DNA of 62,394 bases from Octopus bimaculoides (Eukaryota), in NCBI RefSeq assembly GCF_001194135.2, contig NC_068993.1, positions 18,170,817-18,233,210 on the forward strand. Reading direction: 5' to 3'. Below, in pieces: positions 1-8,882 of the stretch (positions are counted from its first letter, which is position 1; every line of letters begins with the position of its first letter). The notes beneath the pieces were generated by a model that saw only the letters and a list, made by a program, of their open reading frames with translations, was not told the DNA's origin and did no database searches. The position numbers and the translations under genes were made by a program.

Positions 1-26
1 GTAGTTCTCGAGTTTTAGGGATTCAC

Positions 27-77
<51 letters not shown>

Positions 78-559
78 CACATTCTCATTTTTATATATAT
101 AGATTCAGTTTGGTTTGACTCTGAATACTCGCCTTATGGTGCTAACCTTTCTTCTAGTTATATAAGTGTACTTTGGAGAATGTCAGCTGGAAAATTTATT
201 GAGTGTGACCTTATATATTTAGCATACAATATATGCAAATACCTAGAAGAGTGTCTATCATTTTAAGTCGCTGTATGTACGGATACCTGAATTTATATAA
301 TGTGTATGTATATCTACGTATATGTACATACTATGTGTGTGTGCGTCATGTCTATATATGTAGATAGGATCTATTCTATCTGATGGAACAGATCCTATAT
401 ATATATATAGTGTATGTGCGTGCGTGTATCTATGTACCTTTTGTACGACCATATGTATCTTTGTGCTTATATATATACGTGCAATACACACGTATGTATA
501 TGCTTGTATGTCTATGCAGGTACACATATAATCATTATTTATTTTCTCTTTTTAATCAG

Positions 560-622
560 TGGCCTGAGTTGCTTCTCGAAACTGTTGATACATTTCTTGG
601 AAGGCAATTTGGAACATATTGA
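560..622 (+). CDS. Candidate terminal exon of an unidentified upstream gene (WPELLLETVDTFLGRQFGTY*)
   Basis: Acceptor-like ttttctctttttaatcag|, non-repetitive protein-like peptide, then a stop and a T-rich UTR-like tract. No homology is recognised and an alternative frame is also open. Confidence 0.3.
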   Translation, partial: WPELLLETVDTFLGRQFGTY

Positions 623-834
623 TTCGCCTTAAGGATCTTTTCTGTTGCTGCCACGACTTTCTTTCTTTTTTATTTTTAATTTTGTTCCAGTTGGTTTTAA
701 ATTTGGCGTACTGATGTAGTTTTGTATGCTTATTATGAAAATGAAATTCATTTCTGCCATAAATTAATTTTAAAAAAGTTAGCTTTTAAATTTTGCAAAT
801 TTTGGCCCATCAAAATCCAGCGACATTGGTGCCT

Positions 835-848
835 GTTTCTATAGTAAC
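835..848. promoter_or_regulatory. RFX X-box-like motif GTTTCTATAGTAAC
   Basis: Matches the GTHNYY-AT-RRNAAC consensus exactly and lies in CpG-retaining unique sequence. Confidence 0.3.
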
Positions 849-1074
849 AAGCCAAGCTGTCTTCGCCTTAAAACTATGACCACGTATTTTCTTTACTTGT
901 CTATTTTCTTTGCCTCGTGCTTTTTTTTCTGAACTTTCGTTTTCGAATTTACGCTACAGAAAATGTATTGTTTATATGAACTAATGTAGTTTTTTTCTAT
1001 TTTAGTAATTTTTCACAAGAAAATTTTCACCGCCGATTTTCTCTTTTTAAATTTTCACGCCAATTCGACCATTT

Positions 1075-1185
1075 CAGCCCTAACCGTAGCTCTACAACTT
1101 AACTCCAAACATATACCCTAACTTTAAACTCTAAGTCCAACTCTGAACCCAACCTTAAACCCCAACCCTAAACCTAAACCCTAAC
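1075..1185 (-). repeat. Degenerate telomere-like (CCCTAA)n tract
   Basis: ccctaa/cctaaa/cccaac units, e.g. aaccctaaacctaaaccctaac. Confidence 0.6.
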
Positions 1186-1194
1186 GTACAGTTT

Positions 1195-1385
1195 GTTTTA
1201 TAATATTTTTTTTATTGCCTACAGGGAGCTAAACACAGAGGTGGGCAAACAAGGACAGACAATGAGATTAAGTCAATTACATCGATCCAGTGCGTAACTG
1301 GTACCTATTTAATCAACCCCGAAAGAATGAAAGGCAAAGTCGACCTCGGCGGAATTTGAACTCAGAACATAACGGCAGATGAAAT
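1195..1385 (-). mobile_element. tRNA-derived SINE with Nin/Deu-type conserved domain
   Basis: Reverse complement has B-box gagttcaaattcc followed by gtcgactttgcctttcatcctttcgggg...aagtaccag. Other copies at about 38515-38745(-), 42897-43092(+), 54725-54806(-) and 61805-61960(+). Confidence 0.7.
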
Positions 1386-1477
1386 TACACAAGAAAAGTT
1401 TCGGTAAGGATGTTTTCATCTTAAAATTATTTACATGTATCTTCGACTGTTTCACATTTCTTTCTTCATTAAAACTT

Positions 1478-2070
1478 CGCATGGTTCCGGATTCATTCCC
1501 ACTGCGTGGCACCTTGGGCAAGTGTCTTCTACTATAGCCTCGGGCCGACCAAAGCCTTGTGAGTGGATTTGGTAGACGGAAACTGAAAGAAGCCCGTCGT
1601 ATATATATATATATATATGGTGGTTGTCTACTCCTTAAACAGAGTTTGACCACCTCCTGCACCTACACCTTAGCCCTTTCATGGCGTCTGATGTGGCTTN
1701 NNNNNNNNNGATTTGCACTACCAATACCTGCAAGTAAGTTCTGCTCATTGTGGATCCTAACATGTCTTTTAAGACCCCCATTGGATTTGCAAACCCTCTG
1801 GCACACACCACATTCAAACGTGTGCACAGACATATAATATATGTATGTGTGTGTATATGTTTGTGTGTCTGTGTTTGTCCCCCCAACATCGCTTGACAAC
1901 CGATGCTGGTGTGTTTACGTCCCCGTAACTTAGCGGTTTGGCAAAAGAGACCGATAGAATAAGTACTAGGCTTCCAAAGAATAAGTCCTGGGGTCAATTT
2001 ACTCGACTGAAGGGGGGGGCTCCAGCATGGCTGCAGTCAAATGACTGAAACAAGTAAAAGAGTAAAAGAG
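1478..2070 (+). mobile_element. CORE-type SINE with internal (TA)/(TG) microsatellite, interrupted by a C2H2-finger retroelement tail
   Basis: caccttgggcaagtgtctt core; tail ...ctccagcatggctgcagtcaaatgactgaaacaagtaaaagagtaaaagag. Confidence 0.8.
1619..1830 (-). mobile_element. 3' end of a retroelement encoding tandem C2H2 zinc fingers, copy A
   Basis: FECGVCQRVCKSNGGLKRHVRIH...SHIRRHERAKV* followed by a short 3' UTR; inserted in the (TA)n of a SINE; a 10-N gap lies inside it. Confidence 0.75.
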
Positions 2071-2639
2071 TATTGCTTTATTATTTTAGCATTTCTAGTT
2101 ATTGAACTGCAATCATGATGGAGCATGGGCTTTTAATATTTTAAGGTAGTGGTCCCCAAACTTTTTCCATCACAGACTGGTTCGATGCAAGACAATTTTT
2201 CCATGGATCTGATATCAAATTCTTAATGCAATAAAGTGCATAGCATATAATTTAATTAATTACACATACCAAATGACCCACTACCAAATGATTGACAAAT
2301 GCAGTACTGGTTGACCCTTGGTTTAAAGGATTCAATCAACCCCAGTACAACAATTATTTCAATCTGGTTGTCATCTATCACTCTATTTGTGAAACTACAA
2401 ATTTATGAGTCATGACGCAATACAACACAAATATGAACTGAAGCATGCATAAGGGATGATGGTCAGTTTGTTGCTATACTAAAAGGAATACATGGTTGCA
2501 GCACAATCTACTGAACCCCGCTCACCATCACCACCACCACCACCACCACCACCACATCATCATCATAATCATTTTTACATCTATTTTTCCATGCATGCGC
2601 ATGTTAGATGAGTCTTTTTCAACACAATATCTTACCATT

Positions 2640-2960
2640 CATGAGCCTCTTTTATAATTTTCTTTGTGAAGTTCAATATCCTGAGAGCATTTTTACCACT
2701 TCTGTCTGTCTCCCTAGATTTTTCCTCTTCCTCATTTTCCTTCCACTTGGAGTAGTTCTTCTGCTTCCTACACATTTTTCTCATTCAGTGGCCTTCAACA
2801 ATAATATTTTCAAACTTCTTTCTTTTTATTATTAATGAGAATGAATTGGCTGCTTTCATTTTCCTCACATTTTTCCCAAACGACATCTTGATTTCCTGAC
2901 ATACTGTTTTGTGATACAGGATATTTTACTCTTCTGAACCTCTCTTGCAGAGAACTGACA
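2640..2960 (-). mobile_element. Decayed RTE-like LINE ORF C-terminus
   Basis: Minus-strand reading KTVCQEIKMSFGKNVRKMK...RKKFENIIVEGH*MRKMCRKQK...TDR resembles the RTE C-terminal region; two in-frame stops. Confidence 0.4.
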
Positions 2961-3088
2961 AAACCCCTTGCTTTGTGCTTCTCTTCAAGCTATATACACT
3001 TGTCTCCAGGTATCTCTCCTGCTGAAACAACCAAGATGAGAAGATAAGGACATTAATCTGTATATGTGTGGATATATGTGTCTATTTA

Positions 3089-3134
<46 letters not shown>

Positions 3135-3785
3135 AATGTGTGTGTGTGTATAAAATTGTAATGACCTTGAGTAACATAAGACAAAAGCGATTGTCTTTAT
3201 TATTGTGGTTGTGTTAAGTCTCTGTAGACTAAAACTAAACCAGTTTTGATTCCTGTTTGGGAACATTCCATTTATAACAATAATGTTATTTGGAAAGGCT
3301 TCCTATTTCTAATCTGCTACAAATTTGAAGCTTCAAGTCTCTTAAAAAAGGATTTTTTTTTTTAGTTTAAAAAAAACAAATGGTGTCGCTTTGCAATGGA
3401 AAGTCATGTTTTCTTTGTATCCCAACCAACAACAATAAACTTACATAGAATAAAGACGGCTCTTGTTTACACAAGATAATCTTGTTATTAGCAGTTCCAA
3501 AGAAACCCCTACATAGTAATTTTTATCTGTTAGACATAGCAGTCAAAGTTTCTTCAAATCATTACATGCCACTTAAAAAAAAAAAAAAAAAAAAAGAGAG
3601 GAAAAAGATGACAGATACATTTAATAATGATGTCTGAATAAAAAGACAAGAAAATGCTGCATAGAATGGTTTCGATAATGCACACCTATCATCAAAACCA
3701 TTCAATGCATGAGCTAAGGCTAAACTACAAGAATATCTAGAGTAAAGAATGGGGCTAAACTACAAGAATAATTACAGTAAGGAAC

Positions 3786-4136
3786 TTATGTAACATATGG
3801 GCCCCAACCCCTAGCAAGCGGGGCCTCATATCTGGGGGGGGGGGGCTGGTGCGCATTGATGCCGTCGAAAGGTAGGCCCCGAAACAGCGCGCATTCTCTC
3901 CTGATGACCCCATACACTTGCTGGCTTCCAGTATGCGGAGTTCTCGACTGGTTGTTTATGGAAGACCAGCAGTCGCCCATGCATACCAGCCTCTCCTCCT
4001 CATATCACTGATATTATCGAAGGGAAAGGCAAAGGCTGATACAGCTTGGTACCAGTGATTTTGCAACTCATTTCTACAGTTAAGTGAACTGGAGCAACGT
4101 GAAAGTCTTGCTCAAGAACACCACACAGCCTGGTCC
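3786..4136 (-). mobile_element. Meta-type SINE variant with a GC-rich 3' extension
   Basis: Reverse complement has gtgttcttgagcaag...gttgctccagttcacttaactgt (Meta-like core) followed by about 220 bp of GC/CpG-rich sequence; the 5' end is in an N gap. Confidence 0.5.
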
Positions 4137-4378
4137 NNNNNNNNNNNNNNNNNNNNNNNNNNNNNNNNNNNNNNNNNNNNNNNNNNNNNNNNNNNNNNNN
4201 NNNNNNNNNNNNNNNNNNNNNNNNNNNNNNNNNNNNNNNNNNNNNNNNNCTTGTTCTTAATAAATTATGATGGTTTTGATCATGATTATTTTTTACCTGA
4301 TGGGTTTCTTGGCCTAGGAGAGCTTCAGCGTCAGTGCAGTCAGAAACTATGTATGCTCCCTTAGTTATATTGTTTATA

Positions 4379-4595
4379 TGAAGGGGTGCTGAAAAGTTCC
4401 TGGTTTTAAGGGTATCACGAAAGGCCTGGTTAGAGGTCCAACTTTCCGTGTTCTTTTACAGGGTTTAGAAAAACTGAAGGGCTGCTGCAATAATTGTGTG
4501 AATCTGAGAAGGGAATATGTTGAATAAAATCATAATTAACTGATCCTCCTGTATATTCTTTTACTCAAAGCCAGGGACTTTTCAGCACTCCCTTG
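4379..4595 (+). mobile_element. Mariner-derived MITE
   Basis: TIRs tgaaggggtgctgaaaagttcctggtttt / aaagccagggacttttcagcactcccttg, with TA at the left flank. Interior encodes a mariner-like C-terminus (...VNLRREYVE*). Inverted second copy at about 26559-26767. Confidence 0.7.
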
Positions 4596-4796
4596 TTTAT
4601 TAGTTGATATCTGGAGACCAGATATGGCAATAAATACACTAGGATAATTAGAAAGACTGAAGAAGCAGGCATGGTTCTAAGTGAACTGAAGCAGAACACA
4701 TCCAATTAAGTTAAAATATTACTTGTTCACTAAATATGTCTTAATCTTTGATTCACAAGCCTAAAATTACTTTTGAGCAAGTATATATACATACAC

Positions 4797-5315
4797 ATCA
4801 TCATCATCATCATCGTTTAACGTCCGCTTTCCATGCTAGCATGGATTGGACGATTTGACTGAGGACTGGTGAACCGGATGGCTGCACCAGGCTCCAATCT
4901 GATCTGGTAGAGTTTCTACAGCTGGATGCCCTTCCTAACGCCAATCACTCCGAGGGTGTAGTAGGTGCTTTTATGTGCCACCGGCACGAGGGCCAGTCAG
5001 GCGGTACTAGCAACAGCCACACTCAAAATGGTGTTTTTTACGTGCCACCTGCATGGGAGACAGTCCAGCGGCACTGGCAACGACCTCGCTCGAATGTTTT
5101 CCAATGTGCCACTGGCACAAGTGCCAGTAAGGCCACACTGGTAACGATTACGCTCAAATGGTGCTATTTACGTGCCACTGGCACGGAAGCCAGACAGCTA
5201 CTCTGGCAATGAACACGCTCAGATGTTGCTGTTAGTGCTCCACTGGCACAGGTGCCAGTCATCGAATATGGTTCAATTACGATTTCGATTTCACTTGCCC
5301 GAACAGGTCTTCACA
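4797..5315 (-). mobile_element. 5'-truncated RTE LINE 3' end (ORF tip, 3' UTR and (GAT)n tail)
   Basis: Same sequence as the UTR that follows the RTE ORF at 12297 onward; internal about 60-nt subrepeats. Confidence 0.8.
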
Positions 5316-5375
5316 AGCATATATATGTATATATATATATATATGTATGTATATATATATATATACATATACATA

Positions 5376-5587
5376 TGCAAATCCAATGGGGGTCTTAAAA
5401 GACATGTTAGGATCCACAATGAGCAGAACTTACCTGCAGGTGTTGGTAGTGCAAATCAGAGGTGCAATCTGTGTGGGTGTTTTTTCAAAACACTGTCTGG
5501 TTTAAAAAGCCACATCAGACGCCATGAAAGGGCTAAGGTGTAGGTGCAGGAGGTGGTCAAACTCTGTGTAAGGAGTAGACAACCACC
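5376..5587 (+). mobile_element. 3' end of a C2H2-finger retroelement, copy B
   Basis: CKSNGGLKRHVRIH...CNLCGCFFKTLSGLKSHIRRHERAKV* (stop 5541-43); flanked by (TA)n on both sides. Confidence 0.8.
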
Positions 5588-5942
5588 ATACATATATATA
5601 TATTGTCATCATCATTTTAGCATCCACTTTTTCATACTTGCATGGATTGGAAGGAGTTTGAGGTAGATTTTCTATGACTGAATGCCCTTCCTGTTGCTAA
5701 CTCTTACATGTTTCTCAGCAAAGTAATATTTTCCCATATTTTCATAGAAGGCTGGAAATAAACAATCTTGCTTTTATGATGACATCCAATTATAACCATT
5801 GTGTGATGTCAAGACAAGTACACACACACACATATATACATATACTTGTGTATGATGATTGATGATTGCCTCATCTTGTCAAATGACAGCTGTCTCACAT
5901 TCAGCCTCATCTGATTTACTTTCATCCTTGCATGCCTGTGGA

Positions 5943-6759
5943 TATGATTTTCAGGCCAGCTGGGACATCTGTTTATCATTGAATTTGAATGACAAAAGCT
6001 TGTACTACACTTTTGCCAGTCTCTCATAGTAAGTTCCAGTGACAAGCGATGCAAGACGACTGTCACTATTTCCATTTTAACTGGATATGACATTAAACTG
6101 GAGAAAGATATTCTGACAAATGAACCTTTTTTGATTGAATACTGACTGGTGATGAGACATGGGTTCTCTATAAAAATGTCAAGCACCGAAGACAGTGGGT
6201 AGGGAAAGGAGAAACACTGGTACCCCAGGCTAAAGAAGGCTTTCACATATGTAAGGTGTTGTTATCTATTTGGTGGGATATGAAAGGTTCAGTCCACTTT
6301 GAACTTTTAAACTTGAATCAAACGATAGCAAAGGAGATCCACTGCAAGCGGCTTGGTTTCAAGACAAAAGGTGTTCTTCCATCAGGATAATGCTCAGCCA
6401 CATACAGTGAGGATGACATTCCAAAGGCTGGAACAGTTTGAAAGGGAAATAATTCCCCCACCCACCATATTCGCCGGACATTGTCCCATCAGATTATTAT
6501 TTATTTCGCAATCTTTAAAATCATTTGGATGGAAAAAATATGAATTCTGTAGACGAGGCCAGAACAGTACTGGAGGAGTATTTTTCATCACGGACAAGTG
6601 AATTTTGGAAGAGGGGCCTTGCAAGTCTACCAGATAGATGGAAGAGCATTATAGAAAATGGAGGAGAGTATATTTTCGATTAAAAAAGAACTTTGTTTAT
6701 CTTAATTTTGAAAAATAAAAGATGTATGGAAAAACTGCATTATTTATGGGATGACCCAA
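5943..6759 (+). mobile_element. Decayed, 5'-truncated mariner (DD34D) transposon
   Basis: TGDETWVLYKN, KVLLSIWWDMKG, HQDNAQPH and HPPYSPDIVPSDYYLF in shifted frames; right TIR aaaactgcattatttatgggatgacccaa followed by TA. Confidence 0.92.
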
Positions 6760-6852
6760 TATCTTTATATATACTGATGTTTCACTTGGCACATGTATGT
6801 AACTGTGTGCATGTATGCACGTGTACATGCCTATCTACTCCTTAGTTTACAT

Positions 6853-7264
6853 CAGTGATTCCCAATGTGGAGTATATGCCCCACCAGTGCAGCCTGCGAA
6901 AATTGTAGTGGGACTTGGGATCCAAAATTTTCTTTTTTTTTAGTAGGACATGGAATTGTGGAAATCTTTTTTATCACAGCAAATATAATACATCTATATT
7001 CAAACTAATCCCTCTAGCCAAGCATACTGTATGAAGATTGTTTGTTATAATATAGAGTTATTCTAATGCCTTAGTGTGGATATTTCTTTAAGGAAAGTAT
7101 GTAATTATGAGATATCAATACTCAGTACTTATAGAAAGAAATACCAGTAGATTCAAATAATTTTGATAAAATATTAAAGTTGTTTTTTACCAACCACTGA
7201 TAGGGCATACATTTTTCTGGAAAGTTATAGTGGGGTCAAGGGAAAAATAGGTTGGGAAACGCTG
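6853..7264. mobile_element. hAT (Buster/Charlie-type) MITE
   Basis: TIRs cagtgattcccaa / ttgggaaacgctg; 8-bp flanks gtttacat / gtctatat (6/8 match, central TA). Confidence 0.8.
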
Positions 7265-7295
7265 GTCTATATCATTGACCCTGTGTCACTTTGCT

Positions 7296-8683
7296 CAGTG
7301 TTGTCAACTTAAATTCACAATTTTATGCTAAATTTCAGTAGAAAAAATACCAAAAAAATGCTAAATAAGAAAAAAAAAAAAAAAAAAAAAAAAAATGCTA
7401 ATGACTAATTATATCAAAAAGCTTAATTTTTATTTATATTTTTGAGAAATAATTTCTTGAATTTCACTAATTTGATCACCTTCAGTTGCAGTGCCTAGGT
7501 CATGACTTCTGTATACATTCACGGTCCCAATCTTGTTAATTAAGTGTTTTGGAATATTGAAGTTTTTGCAACGTTTGCCATTTCTTTTCAGGCCATATTT
7601 TATAGAAAGTATTGATCTAAGCGTAGGAAGATGCATTTTGTTTTTCAATTTTGATTTGATTACACCCATACTACTGAACAACCATTCAACTTCTGCATTT
7701 GAATTTGCCAATGTCAATAGATTAATGGCAAAATTTGCAACATCTCTAAAAGGATTTCCTCCAGTAGTATCTTTATATTCCAAGACTTCCAGCCAGAACG
7801 CCTCAGTATTAGACATATTTGTCCAAATAGCTTAATGAATGCTATTAAACTGAATTTCAATTGAAGCAATTTTTTCTTCATTTAAATGCATTGCTTCTAA
7901 GACAGGTAAAATTGGTTCTTTGAAATGCTGCAAAATATTCTCTTCTGAAAAACATTTGATATTCCTCAGTTTATTAATATTTCCTGGCAAACGGTACTTG
8001 AACTCTTTATAAATGCAAAGTAAAAATTGTTGTGCTCTTTTGCGAATATTATTTTCTTCAGTGGCTGTTACAGTCTTCTTAATAATCATTTCTGCTATCT
8101 TTCTTTCGAACCTGTAGCCTGAATTTGGTTTAGGATCCAGAAATGTTTCAATAGAAGCATCAGGATCAAAAGGATCAATTCTACATGTTGGCAACACTAT
8201 CATATTAGCAACAGATTTGATCAAATTTGAAAGATCTTCAAGTAATTTTGTTTTGTCGACAGAGTTTGATTCAAACAGTTTATTCACTTCCTGAACATGT
8301 TTTAAAATTGGTTGCAAAAATAAATTGTAAAGTTCATTCTTAGAATCACAAAACATTTCATGTAACCTTTGTGCTGTAAAGCATTTTTCTTTTGTAGTTG
8401 TAGTTTGGAAGTGAGTTTGCAATTCAAACCATTGGCTTAAAATTCTATTTACCGCTGGTTCTATTGACAGCCACCTAGTTGTACAAGAATTCACAATCTT
8501 CAAAGGCTCTTTATCATTGATAGCAAGGTAAAGTTGTTTGTAGGCACTTTGTCTTGTTGAAAAATGAGAGAACCATTTATAAGTTTCAGATACTAAAAAT
8601 TCTAAATTTATGGGCAGGCATTCAGCACAAGTGTGGGATACTGCCAAATGTAAAGAATGACATACACATCTAAATAGAAGTAA
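7296..8683 (-). mobile_element. hAT transposon 3' part; transposase C-terminal about 417 codons at 7430-8683 with one in-frame stop at 7832-34
   Basis: CVCHSLHLAV (CxxH), TTRWLS and LANSNAEVEWLFS (dimerisation-domain motif). ORFs 7832-8647 and 7430-7816 are in the same frame. Candidate TIR cagtgttgtcaact at 7296. The 5' part is broken by (TA)n and another repeat. Confidence 0.9.
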
Positions 8684-8714
8684 ACATATATATATATATA
8701 CATTTATATAGATA

Positions 8715-8882
8715 TATTCAAATATGAAATAGAAGCAGTGCTAGTGTAACGAACATTATTAACCACATATATTTAATGTGATTCGGCATGGTGTATTTGC
8801 TGATAGGCTGCGATTCAGCACATTGGCGAATACTTTCTTAAAGTACCGGGTGATAAAACACCTGAAAGTCATGAACAGACAC
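8715..8882 (+). repeat. Unclassified (TA)n-associated repeat (further copies at 12935-13245 + and 13360-13625 -)
   Basis: Shared segments aaatatgaaatagaa.cagtgct.gtgtaa, ggtgtatttgctgataggctgc and aaaacacctgaaagtcatg. Confidence 0.7.

Noticed and set aside
2636-3021. Apparent minus-strand exon with a strong acceptor (tttcag) and donor (gtaaga)
   Set aside because: The best frame has two stops and reads as a decayed RTE C-terminus, so it is not supported as a host exon.
3860-3915. GAAA...CTGATGA arrangement suggesting a type-II hammerhead
   Set aside because: The would-be stem II strands (cccc and cccc) cannot pair.
8186-8199. gttggcaacact resembling the opposite TIR of the hAT element
   Set aside because: It lies inside the continuous transposase frame and has no TSD, so it is probably chance.
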